Shown here: piece after piece, positions 41,655 through 54,308 of the stretch
How the letters are laid out: every line of letters starts with the position of its first letter
How positions within the stretch are numbered: the stretch's first letter is position 1
NCBI RefSeq assembly: GCF_009914755.1
Contig: NC_060926.1
DNA: 64,000 nucleotides
From: the human T2T-CHM13v2.0 reference genome, Homo sapiens
Direction: 5' to 3' (one strand)
Position numbers and translations under genes: made by a program
The notes under the pieces: model-generated
Told to the model about the DNA's origin: nothing
Database searches by the model: none
What the model saw: only the letters and a program-made list of their open reading frames with translations

Positions 41655-42420
41655 TGTAATTGCTCAACAGATTCTTCCTGCCCACTGCACATACAGAACT
41701 AATTCACTAAGACCATGGTATTGCAATAAAGAAAGAGTTTAATTAACAGGAGACTGGCCACATGGAAGATAGAGTTATTACTCAAATCAGACTCCCTGAA
41801 GGCTTGGAAATTGGAGTTATTTAAAGATAGTTTGGTGGCCAAGGGACTCAGGAACAGGTTTTGCTGATTGGTTGGGGATGCAATCATAGGGTTGTGGAAA
41901 ATGATCCCTACATACTCAGTCTGCCTCTGGATAGGGGGACCACAGGACCAGTTGAGTCATGAGTCCACAACGGGCCAGTGAGTTGTCAGAATGCAAAAAT
42001 CTGAAATACACCTCAAAAGGCGACTATTTGCCTGTACAATACTGATGTTATCTATAGAAGCCATTGAGAAAATCACAAGTCCTGTGACATCTGACCACAT
42101 GACTCCAGAGCAAAAAGGAATTATAAAAATTATGCATACATTTTAGCAGAACTCAGGCCCTTCCCACAATCCTCATCTCGTGGCCTTTCATTAGTCTTAC
42201 AAAAGTTGTTTTGTGCCCCTAAGCAAGGAAGCGTTTAGTTTTAGGGAGGGACTATTATAATTCTTGCTTTCAAGTTAAACTATAAACTAAATTCCTCCCA
42301 TGATTAACTTGGCCTATACCCAGGAATAAGCAGAGACAATCAGCCTATGAGGGTAGAAGCAAGATGGAGTCAGCCATGCTAGACTTCTCTCACTGCCATA
42401 ATCTCTGCAAAGGCAGTTCA
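41655..42420 (-). mobile_element. LTR8-family (LTR8A-like) ERV1 solo LTR, full length
   Basis: Termini 'tgtaattgctcaac' and 'ctgcaaaggcagttca'; perfect 4-bp TSD acac (41651-41654 / 42421-42424); internal 'gttaaactataaactaaattcctccca...gaagcaagatggagtcagccatgctaga'. Confidence 0.88.
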
Positions 42421-42507
42421 ACACCATAATATAAAAAATGCTAAGTATTCACCAACATGAGATACATGGTGTCATATATCAAATAATAAGTACACATTCA
42501 GCTAGAG

Positions 42508-42640
42508 CAGTGCTTCTCAGCTTAAATATACATATGGATCACCTGGGGTATTATTAGAGTGCAGGCTCTAATGACCCAGTAGGTGTGGATGGGACTTGGT
42601 CCATGCTGTCCATAGAGGACCTCGTTGAACACCAGGAACC
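42508..42640. mobile_element. MER5-type hAT remnant, internally deleted
   Basis: 'cagtgcttctcagctt...gatcacctgggg...gcaggctctaatgacccagtaggtgtgg'. Confidence 0.65.
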
Positions 42641-42894
42641 AGAGAAACAGTTTAAGAGCAAGGGGCAAGTGATTATGGCACAGTTTAGGACAGATGGGCA
42701 CAAACTGAGGGCATCCTGATATACTTAAGCAAAATGGAAGATTAGACAGGAGAAAGAACAAGAAGATAAGAAAGGGGGGACCAAGAGAGGTACCATTTTA
42801 TTAGTGCTGGGCAGTAAAGGGAGAGGCTAACTGGGTCATGTTTGATGTAAATAGAGGCTGATTCACTGGGTGGGACTAGGATGAACTCTGGAGT

Positions 42895-43328
42895 CATAAA
42901 TACCTCCAAGTTTTGTGGAACCTGAAGTTTATTGTTTATTGGGGGTGGTTCTTTTAAAGAAAAAAATACAAAGTTTAAATATCAAACTAGAATGAGAAAA
43001 CTAAATCCTCGATGTATATAAATTTTAAAAGTAATACAATATCATAATTATTACAATATCAAGAAAAATAACATAATTTGAGGGAATTGAACCACATGAA
43101 TTCTCAACATTTTTTTCTTATGGTTCCAATACCCCAGGACATAAGGAGAAGTGTCATGGAGAGAAAGTTGAAGTACACAAATCATAGCAGTTTCAATCCT
43201 CAGTGGGCAATATATTTTACTTTTGCAAATTTTACTGGCCCTGTGAACATAGAGCTAAGAAAAGTTTGTGTAGAAAAAAATACCTGGAAGCTTACACTTC
43301 ATGGCCTGCAGGGTTTATCTGCCTCGGC
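42895..43328. mobile_element. MER115/Zaphod-like hAT-Tip100 remnant
   Basis: 'ttttgtggaacctgaagtttat...tttaaagaaaaaaatacaaa' and 'gaagcttacacttcat...tatctgcctc'. Confidence 0.6.
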
Positions 43329-43996
43329 CTGGACTTCCATATTTTGTAATTAATATTTGTTTAAGTACCAAAGCTTGGGAAAAAGCTCATTTTTTTTTCT
43401 ATTGTGAGAGGTTATTACCATCACAATACTACCACTGACTTGCACTTAAATATAGTTTCTTTAACAAAAGAGAAAAAAAGTGGATTTTGAAACATCATGC
43501 GTGGTTTGAGCTTCAACCCGAGTGGGTCATGTGAGCTGGCTGAAAACATGAGTGTACATCTTCACGTGAGCTGCCCACTGAGGCAGAATGCCCCTGACTA
43601 TTTTCCTATAACTTAGGGGGCCAAGCCACTGAGTTTGGAAAAAGCAGCCTTAAGTATTATGAAGAGGTATCTTTAAAATAGGACCTTATCATACAAAGGA
43701 TATCAATATATCAATTTTTAAAGAGCTGTCTTATATTTCAGTCCCTTATATCTGTCACTTTTTCAAGCTTTCAAAGACAACCCTCTTAAGGACAGCTCCA
43801 GTTGAACCTGGGGTTGCTAGGAGATGTAGCCAACGATCAGGAGAGTGTTGGTGTCTTTCTTGCCCCCTCCTCACTTCTGTTAACATCACCCTGGGGAGCG
43901 AAGGGCTGATGCTGTCAGACTTTTTGGCATACCTGTCCTGCTACTGATGAGGAGGACAGAAAGGTCACACAGTCTGCTTAAAAGACCAACAAAATA

Positions 43997-44392
<396 letters not shown>

Positions 44393-44792
44393 TTACCTTT
44401 CCCCTCAAAGCAGAGTTTACTTAAATCCACTTCTGAAATCTCTACCCTACTTGCTCAATGTGTTCTGAAATTCTTCAATAGATACTTAGCGAGATCCTAT
44501 TTTATGCCAGGCCCTCATAGCTGCTGAGTATTCTGCAGTCTGGTAGGAGGTCCAGGTATAGGGCAGGTTATTACGATGCAGTCTGACAAGAGTGATGCTT
44601 GAGATACCTATAGGGTGTGGTATTAGCACAGTCAAATAAACCAGTCTTTGCTTAGAAAACTCAGGGAAAACTTCCCAGAAGAGGTGATAGAGACTTACGG
44701 CATTTGTTGTTAAAGTAAGGGGAACAAATATAAAAATGGCATAAAGTGTAGTTGGAGAAGTAGTTAGTAACAAGAATATGAAAGGTTAATAC

Positions 44793-45229
44793 TATGGCAA
44801 AGACCATCAGTGATAGACTGGATAAAGAAATTGTGGCACATATACATCATGGAATACTATACAGCCATAAAAAGGAAGGAGTTCATGTCCTTTGCAGGGA
44901 CATGGATGAAGATGGAAGTCATCATTCTCAGCAAACTAGCACAGGAACAGAAAACCAAGCCCACATGTTCTCACTCATAAGTGGGAGTTGAACAATGAGA
45001 ACACATGGACACAGGGAGGGGAACATCACACACTGGGGCCTGTCGGGGTGGGTAGGGGGCAAGAGGAGGGAGAGCATTAGGACAAATACCTAATGGATGT
45101 GGGGCTTAAAACTTAGATGAGGGGTGGATAGGTGCCCCAAACCACCATGGCACATGTATACCTACGCAACAATCCTGCACGTTCTGCACATGTATCCCAG
45201 AACTTAAAAAGAAAAAAAAGAAAAAAAAA
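44793..45229 (+). mobile_element. L1PA7-like, 5'-truncated 3' end with poly(A)
   Basis: 'gatagactggataaagaaa...gcattaggacaaatacctaatg...ggggcttaaaacttagatga...cacatgtatcccagaacttaaa' followed by an A tail. Confidence 0.93.
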
Positions 45230-45633
45230 TGTATTCCAAGGTAATGAGAATTTATTGAAAGGATTTGGATAGAAGTTATTTGTTTGATAAACTTCAGAAT
45301 CCAATCCAGTTAGAACTGTATTGCATTAGTCCAGAAAAGAGAATTTAAAGACTTTGTTTAGAGGTAGTAGGCATGATCTTGATGAGGAACGGATACATTC
45401 TGTATAAATGTGCAGGATAGAGCCAACAGAATTAGGTATTAGATTAGATGTGGAAGCCAGAAAACATTGAAAAATCTAAAAACAAAAAATAAAAGGAGCA
45501 GAGAAATGGTTTAAGTAACCAAGAGGATAATGGTACTACTTACTGATATTTAGGATGGTGGGTGACAAGAAAGAGTTCAGTATCTTATATATTAAAGTCT
45601 GAGATGGCTATAGGTCATCCAGTGAAGAAGATG

Positions 45634-46162
45634 CAATTGATTCTTGTTATTTATCATAATAAGTCATCAAGTTTTCATGAACACTGAATTCATAAATACT
45701 GAACCCTGGCCCCTAGGACAAATACAAGCTTAAGTTCCTAGCAGCCCCTGACCACAGTTTCACTAACTGATCAATACAGAACTTGGTTTTATGTGTGTTT
45801 ATGTTTAAAGATTTGTTTAAAGCACATCACAGCTTTTTTGCACGTAGGAATGCTAGAGGGCACTTAAACACTACATTTGGGGGCCAGAGTAAACAGCAAA
45901 ATTACAAACAAGCATAAATATGGGAAAACATGGCACTAGACAACCAAAAGGACACTTGTTTACAGTGTGAACGATGAAACAAGAAGCCAAAACACTGCCT
46001 TGTTCAACCTCAGCAGGGAATATGCGCATTGGGTGAAAATCACTTTTTTCAGTGCTTTGCGTATGTCTGCAAATGGCCACAAAACTGTCACAGTATTAGA
46101 ATAAATTATAATGAATATGTGAATTCACAAATACAGAATCCATGTATAATGAGAATTAACTG
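45634..46162 (-). mobile_element. MER82 (TcMar-Tigger)
   Basis: TIRs 'caattgattcttgttat' / 'ataatgagaattaactg' followed by TA; internal 'aaaaggacacttgtttacagt...gccttgttcaacctcagc'. Confidence 0.85.
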
Positions 46163-47002
46163 TATTCAAGTATAGAGCTCAGAAACATCTAGGAAGAAGA
46201 TATATCTTTGAGAATCATCAACAAAATGATACTATTTCTAATGCTGAGAACAGAGGAGATCACTTAGAAAAACTAGAAAGAGTAAGGCCAGGCCCAGTAC
46301 CAGATTCTGAGGAGCTCCAGTATTTAGCCCATGGAAAGCCATCGTTCCATGTTAGGTAGAGAAAATGAAAGTACAGCCAACAAAAAGCACTGAGAAAGAG
46401 GAGGAAGGAAAGAATGTGGTGCCTGGGCAGCCAAGAGCAGAGATTATTGTAAAATGGAGAGCTGATTCCTATCCCAAGTGCTGATAATAAAGCTAAAAAA
46501 TGAAGCAAGAATTCTCTCCTTTGGATTTTTGTATCATAAATGCATCCAGTGCCCTTGACAAGAGCAGTTCAGTGGAGCGGTCAGTGGATGCCCACATTGG
46601 TCTGAGTTGAAGCACGGAATAGTAGGTGAGAGAATTGAAGCTGTAAGTATTAGTAGCAACTTCAGTGAATTTTGAAATAAGGAAGAACAGGTGAAGGGAC
46701 ATATGGAGAGTGATGAGGGGCAATGGGAGGTGTATATGTATATACAGCGAGAGAGAAAGACAGACAGAAACTAGGAGAGTAGACCATCATTGGTCTAAAA
46801 GAACACCAAAAAATCTTTTGGATCAAGGAAAATTATTAGACTAACTGCCGTAAAAGAGAGTGCTATCTAAACAAACTTAGTAGTTCTTCAGCACAGAATA
46901 GTCAGGGGAGAATATTTATGGGATTTTAGATCCAGGCTGGTTGATTGACTGAGATCGGACAGAGTTTACAACATAAAAGTCTTAGATGGCTTTAATGAGA
47001 AT

Positions 47003-47329
47003 ACTGGCTACTTGAAGATTACAGGGGCCCTGTGAGAAGGAGGGAGGTGGGGTGTGATCTTAAGCACCTGAAACTGACACAGGAGGGAAGAATTCCACAT
47101 ACTGTAGTAGCTTGAATGAGCTGAGAAGTAGATTCTTCCCCCAGGCCCTGCAGAAAGGAACTCAGCCCTACTAAGACTTTGATTACGGCCTTGCAAAACA
47201 CTGAAGCAGAAAACCTACCTGGGTTATGTGCAGACTTTTGAGCCATGGAAACCAAGAAATAATAAATTTGTGTCATTTTAAGCCACCAAATTTGTGGTAA
47301 TTTGTTATGCAGAAGCAGAAAAATAATAC
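47003..47329 (+). mobile_element. MLT1 (MLT1E-like) LTR, 3' half
   Basis: 'gaatgagctgagaagtagattcttcccc...ataaatttgtgtcattttaagccaccaaatttgtggtaatttgttatgcag...aataca'. Confidence 0.85.
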
Positions 47330-47344
47330 AACTCATCTACTTAG

Positions 47345-48085
47345 TCCAGAATAACCTTGATCTCAAAACCTGATAAAGGCATTATAAAAAAGGAAAAATA
47401 ACATCTTTCATGACCAAAGCAAAATGCTACCAAACCAGTTTCAATATATACTAAAAACTATCTTATATTGTCTCTATTGAATTGGGCTTATTTCATTATA
47501 AACTGGCATGTCATTCATTTGATGAGCAATCAATTAATTCAATGCATTAAGATAACATAGAACAAAAATCTGATGGTAATTCTAAAAGATGCCTGTTATC
47601 ATAGCTTCTGTTCAACTATTTATGGATGGTACTGACTAGGCATATAAGCCAACAAAATTAAGCAATGGCATAGGGACTGAAACAAAAGACATGAAACTTT
47701 CTTCACTCACGGATGATTGCCTAGATAGGTGATTGAAAATAAATCTATGTTTGGGAAATTATAATTAATAAATTAATAAATTTAGCAAAGTTGTTGCACA
47801 TAAAAATCCACATGTAAAACTGAATTTCATTTTCATATACTAATAAAATAATAGAAAATAAAATTTAAAATAAGATAGCATTTACAATAGCATCTAAGAT
47901 TGTTAAACATCAAAGAATAGAACTTGAGAAGATCATAGGAGATTACAATGCAGTACAAAATATTATTGAGATAATTTTAAAGGCATAAATATATGAAATA
48001 TTATACAAAGATACAAAGTTCACAGATTCGGAAATTCAACGTTGTAATAATGTCAAGCCTCAAATTGATCTATAATTAATGTAGT
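47345..48085 (+). mobile_element. Old L1M ORF2 fragments
   Basis: 'aataaatttagcaaagttg...catttacaatagcatc...gtcaagcctcaaattgatctata'. Confidence 0.7.
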
Positions 48086-49643
48086 ATACTTAGAATATGT
48101 AGAATATGTATATGTAATAGAGAAAATAGAATGATAGATATAACAGAATGTACTCTTATATGATATATCTGTATATCATCTTGCTACATGGAATTGTATA
48201 TTATCATTATAGTACTATAAACCATAGTTTGACTTTGTTCAATCAGTCCTATAACATCTGCAAGATGATTTGTTGGTCTACAATTACTTTTTCAACCTTA
48301 ATGAACTATTTTCAAAAAATTTTCATTGTGAAGTTATAATAAAATGAAAAGCACCCAAAACCCCATAAAACTATGCAATACATTGTTTTTTATGCCAGAG
48401 TAAGTACTTTCTGCAAATCATTAGTTTGAGAGGGATCCCAGTTCATGTTGGTAAATATACACTAGTGCACTCTCTCTTTTTCTCTCTCTTATGTGCACAC
48501 ACACACAATTTAAGTGGTCAGCGTATATCAAGGCTTTTCATTCATGCATTTAATTCATGGTTTTACTCCCTGAAGATGAGAACATCAGGGTGCATTGGAT
48601 TATTGCAGTACATGTCACAGAAGGAGTCTTTAGAGATTAAAGATGTACCTTATTCATGTCAAAGGAAATTTGAGTGGATGTTGACTCTCATGGCAAATCC
48701 AAGTTAGAGAAATATTTACCACTTTTGAGATCTTGAATTATATTTTAATATTTGGAGTCAAGGAGCAGAGAAAGCAAAAAAGTCAACAAATAAGTTGCTT
48801 ATTAAAAAGCAACCTAAGAAATGTGATAAGTTGGTCAAATTGGCTCTCAGTGACCTGTTTCCCTTAAGGATGGAGTGGGCAGAAGTTTGGAAGGGATGCT
48901 CTCGAACACAGCAAAATTATTTTAAAGTGAAAACAAATATTTAAAAGGAACTATTAAGTGCATGACATTATTATGGCAATCGATTTAAGTGTCATTTTAT
49001 GTTTTTCTGGGGAAAAAATTGAGAGTCAACATAGTATTAGAAAGCAATAATGCGCATTCTTAATATATGAGAATAAAATAGCAATATTTGAATTTTATGG
49101 CTTTTCTATGGAAATACTATATATCAGATTGTACTAGAAAGTGAAACAAATAATCTATAAAAACTGAGTTGAAATATAGTAGTTTAAATAGTCTTTTTAA
49201 AAAACTCTGCTCACTTATTTTATAGCTCAGCTCAGTCTTTCTCTTACACACACACACACACATACACACACACGAACAAAATATATATAAACCTACTTTC
49301 AAGATCATCTCCCTATGGCCTCATTTGAACATGCCATATCGTTTTAGAGCATGTTTTAAATTCATTTCTACTGGAGAAAAACCTGTGCAAATACCTGAAG
49401 AAAGTATGTGGCAAACTCTGAAAGAAAATGGTTGTAAAATTATGAACAATAACCTTAATAATTTTTAATTCATTTTTGCATTCTATCGATGGCAATATCT
49501 CTTAATATTTCATATATGTACTAAGATTGGTTAGAGCAAAAAAAAAAAAAAAGAATCAATGATGGAGAGAGAAGAAAATAAAACTATATCCAGGTCACCA
49601 TCAAGTGTGAAAATCAAGTGTGACCTGGCTGAGAAAGCACATG

Positions 49644-49645
<2 letters not shown>

Positions 49646-49681
<36 letters not shown>

Positions 49682-49685
49682 CACA
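49646..49685. repeat. (CA)n microsatellite (a second one lies at 49246-49273)
   Basis: Direct reading. Confidence 0.93.
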
Positions 49686-49744
49686 GCAGAGAAGCGGCAT
49701 TTCTAGAGATAATGGTCAAAAAGAAGGTGATATAATGTGCTATG

Positions 49745-51845
49745 TTTTGGGTGGTAGCTTAGTAGTCTGTTTTTATATAAAATAGTATTTGCCATATAGG
49801 AAAACTTTGTTTTTGTTGTTTTGATAATGTTTCTACTTTACTTATATATAGTCTACTTATATTTCTTAATTGTAACTGTTTCCCAGTTCTAATATTCTAT
49901 TCATTGATTCCCTTGAATTTCTAGTAGACAACTCTGCCATCTAGGAACGTAAGAGTTGTAACTTTTAAAATTAAATATATAGGTCAGATATATGTACATA
50001 TATTTTACTTGTTTTAATGTTCTGGCTAGGACCTCTAAAAAGATGTTGAAACTTTGATTATAAAAGTGATAGTAGACATTATTATCCCCTTCCTTGCATC
50101 ATAAGAATGTTCCCAATATTTTTTTTATCACCAAACATGTTTTCTTCATACAGATACTCTAACAGATTACGAAAGGCTATTTTTGTTCAGTATTTGGTAT
50201 GTGTATTTAGTTTTGCCTCTTAGGAATTGTGTATTATAGTCATGTTTAGTTGATTTAACTACCAGTTTTATTTTATTGAAATGATAATATTTTTCTGTCA
50301 TTTGTTAACATACTGGTTTCTATTAACATATTCTCTAATGTTAAATATCCTTGAGAATCTAGAAAAACTAGAGATAGTTGTCTGAAAACCTCTTTTAATA
50401 TGCATTGCTTTCAACTCAGCAAGCAAAACTCAGCAAGGTTTTATTAAGAAATTCTACTTCTGTTCACAATGATATTTGCCCAGATGTTTGTTCTTTGTTC
50501 TTTTAGTTTGTATTTTCTTTTTCCATAAGCAATCAGTACTACATTAGCCTTGTAAAATGATTTAGTTAGCTGTGCATCTGTTTCTAGGCTTTGAAACAGG
50601 ATATGTAACATGAATATTATCTTTATCTTGACACCAAAGTAGGTCAAGCCAAATATAACTTTTTGGGTTCCAGATACACCGACAGAGCAAAACAAACACA
50701 AAGACTTGTTGGGCAGCCTGCTGTGCACATTCGTGCTTCTCTGTGTCTAAAATAGAAGTACAAAACTTTAGTGAGAGTTTATTACTCTGGTCAGATTTTT
50801 CAGATTCTACAAAAAATTGTGAACAGTTCTTGTTTGTTTCTCATAAAATCAATTGTTGCCACAAAATTTTTCGATAATTTAAGATACTATTTATATATAA
50901 AAAGATACCTCCATTTTATTTGTATTATTTTGTTGACCTCTGAATTTGTAAAATATATAATCATTGTACTTAACAAAGTCAAATATTGTCTTTGGCCTTT
51001 TTCTTTTAAAAAATAGTATTTCTACCATTTTAAAGGTTGTTAATTATTTAAGAATGCATCTTTTTGGATTAAAGTTCAGTTCACTTTTTTAAAAAAACGG
51101 TTTTCATTAATTTTTATTGAAAATATTTCAGGCTGTAAGTTTTCCCTACTTAGATTTTGATTCTACCTGGAAGCATTTGCGTTTAACATGTCTCATGGTT
51201 ATATATTTCTAAATGGTTTTTAATGCCAGTTCACATTTCTTTGTTTTTCTTTTCCTTTGAGACAGGATCTTGCTCTGTCACCCAGGCTGGAGTGCAGCAT
51301 TGCTAACATGGCTCACTGCGGCCTCAAATTCCTAGTTCAGGTGAGCCTCCTGCCTTAGCCTCCTTAGCAGCTGGGACTACAGGCATGTGCCACCATGTGT
51401 GGCTTTCTTTCTTTCTTTTTTTTTTTTTTGAGAGACAGGGGTTCACCGTTTTGCCCAGACTGGTCTCTAACTCCTGGGCTCAAGCAGTCCTCCTGCATCA
51501 GCCTCTCAAAGTGCGGAGGTTTACAGGCATGAGCCATCAGGCCCAGCCAACGTTTCTGGTTTAAGCCGAGAGTTTAAGGATATTACATAATTTTAAGGTG
51601 TGTAGTTTTCTTTTTCAGTTTTTGCTGTTCATCTCTAATTTTAGTGCATTTTGGTCAGTGATTGTGAGTTTGAGTTCCATTTTTTGATTCTTGGTGATAT
51701 TTGTGGGAGGTTCCTGTGTATGTGTTTTGTGGATGTTTAATATATGTTTCAAATGATGTGTAGTTCCTATTCATAAGGTACAATTATTCACATGAGATTA
51801 ACCTTATTAATTATGTTGGTCAAATCCTTTCTACCCATTTTTCCC
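49745..51845 (-). mobile_element. Old L1M (L1ME-like) ORF2 fragments, interrupted by an AluJ
   Basis: 'ctggctaggacctct...gtgatagtagacat', 'attagccttgtaaaatgattt', 'tctaattttagtgcattttggtcag'. Confidence 0.65.
51241..51548 (-). mobile_element. AluJ
   Basis: 'aactcctgggctcaagcagtcctcctgc', 'catggctcactgcggcctc'; TSD-like acatttct / acgtttct. Confidence 0.92.
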
Positions 51846-51886
51846 ATGACTCCTCTCACAGCCCATGTTATTTCTTATCTAATAAC

Positions 51887-54308
51887 ATTTTTTATTGTGT
51901 TGTTTATATAAATGTAAGGGGTAAGAGTATAATTTATATTTAAGTAAAAATAGTAAGGAATTTTCTATCATTCACCCCCAGCAACAGTCCTCATTATTCT
52001 AAAACTCCATTGTCTACCATTGTCCACATTCCACACCCAACTTTCACGTATATACATTATTTAGCTCCCACTTATAAGTAAAAACATGGTATTTGTCTTT
52101 CTGTTTCTATGTAGTTTCCCTTAAGATAATAGCCTCCAGGTCTATCCACATTGCTGCAAATGTTGTGATTTCATTCTTTTTGGTGGCTCAATGGTATTCC
52201 ATTGTGTATATATACCATTTTCTTTATCCAGTCTTAACTTGCTGGACACTTAGGCTGGTTCCATAATTTTGCTATTGTGAATAGTGCTGTGATGAACATT
52301 CAAGTTCAGGTATTTTTTTAATATTATTATTTATTTTCCCTTGAGTAGATATCGAGTACTGTGATTACTGGATTGATCAGTAGTTCTATTTTTAGCTCTT
52401 TGGGAAATCTCCATACTGTTTTCCCTATAGGTTGTGCTAACTTAAATTCCCATCAACAGTATAAAAACATTCTCTTTTCTCTGAGTGTTCACCAACGTCT
52501 ATTACTTTTTGTCCTTTTAATAATAGCCATTCTGAATGATACAAAATATCTCATTGTGGTTTTAATTTGCATTTCTCTGATTATTATTAGTGTTGTTGAG
52601 CATTTTTTATATGCTTTTTGGTCATTTGCATGTCTTTTTTTTTAAAAAAAGGTCTCTTTATGCCTTTTGCCCACTATTTATTGGAATTATTATTATTATT
52701 TATTGTTGTTGTTGAGCTGTTTGAGTTCCTTATAAATTCTGGATATTAATCTCCTGTTTGATGCATAGTTTGCAAATATTTTCTTCCATTTGGCTGGTTG
52801 TCTGTTCACTCTGTTGATTATTTCTTTTGCTGTGCAAAAGCTTTTAAGTTTAATTAGCAAAAGCTTTTAAGTTTAATTAAGTTTCATTTGTCTAGTTTTG
52901 TTTTGGTTTCCTGTGCTTTTGAGATCTTGGTCATGAATTATTTGCCTAAAACAAAGTCCAGAAATGTTTTTTTGTAGGCTTCCTATAATATTATTATATT
53001 TTAAGGTCTTATATTTAATAATTTATCCATCTTGAGTAGATTTTTTATATAGTGAAAGATTACGGTACAATTGTATCCTTCTGCATATGTCAATCCAATT
53101 TTCCTAGCATCATTTATTGAATAGAGTGTCCTTTCCCTAGTGAATATTCTTGATGATATTGTCAGAGATAAGTTTGCAGTAAATTTGTAGCTTTACTTCT
53201 GGGTTCTCTAACCTGTTATATTGATTTATGTGTCTGAATTTTTTTTCTTCACCAATATCATGCTGTTTTGGCTACTACAGCCTTGTAGTATAATTTGAAG
53301 TCAGATAATGTGATGCCTCCAGTTTTGCTTATGATTGCTCTTGCTATTGGGACTCTTTTTTGATCCCATATACATTTTAGGATTGTTTTTTTCCAATTCT
53401 GTGAAAAATGATGTTGATGTTTTGATTGGGATTGCATTGAATCTGTAGATTGTTTTGAGAAGTATAGCAATTTTCACAATATTAATTATTCTAATCCATG
53501 AGTATAGGATGTTTTTCTATTTGTTTGTGCCAACTACAATTTCTTGCATCAGTGTTTTGTAGTTTTCCTTGTAAAGATCTTTTACCTCATTAGTTAAGTA
53601 TATTCCTGGGTATTTTTCATGGCTATTGTAAATGGGATTGCCATCTTGATTTGGTTCTCAAATTGATTGTTATCATTGGTGTAAAGAAATGCTTCTTATT
53701 TTTGTATGTTGATTTTCTATCCAAAATCATAACTGAATTCATTTATAAAATCTAAGATAACTGGGGTGGAACTTTTAGGGTTTTCTAGATATATGATCAC
53801 ATCACCAGCATATAGGGATAATTTAATTTCTGATTTTCCAGTTTAGATGCCTTTTATTATTTCCTCTTACTTAATTACTCTAGCCAGGACTTCTACGACT
53901 ATGTTGAGTAAGAGTGGTAAAAGTGACCATCCTTGTCTTGTTCTAGTTCTTAGAAAGAATGCTTTCATCTCTTCCCCATTCAGTATGATGTTTACTGTGT
54001 ATTTGTCACATATGACCTGTATTATTTTGAAGTATGTTCCTTCAATGCCTAGTTTAAGGATTTTTATTATAAAGGAATGCTAAATTCTGTCAAATGATTT
54101 TTCTGCATGTATTAAGATGATCATATGGTTTTTGTGCTGCATTTTGCTTGAGTAATGTATTACATTTATTGATTTCATATGTTCAACTATTTTTGCATCC
54201 CTGGCGTAAAACCCACTTGATTATGGTGCATTATCTTTTTGATATGTCAACACACAAATATTTGGCTTGCTAGTATTTTGTTGATGATATTTCTGTCTGT
54301 GTTCATTG
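51887..54308 (-). mobile_element. L1MA2/3-like LINE-1, 3' ~2.4 kb
   Basis: 3' UTR 'tacattatttagctcccacttataagt'; ORF 53258-53470 contains [20 protein letters not shown] (L1 ORF2p [20 protein letters not shown]). Confidence 0.92.

Larger units (their letters stand above)
44485..46730 (-). mobile_element. L2 relic, interrupted by L1PA7 and MER82
   Basis: L2-like pieces 'tattttatgccaggccct', 'cagggaaaacttcccagaagaggtga', 'gattagatgtgg', 'ccttgacaagagcagttcagtggag'. Confidence 0.65.
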
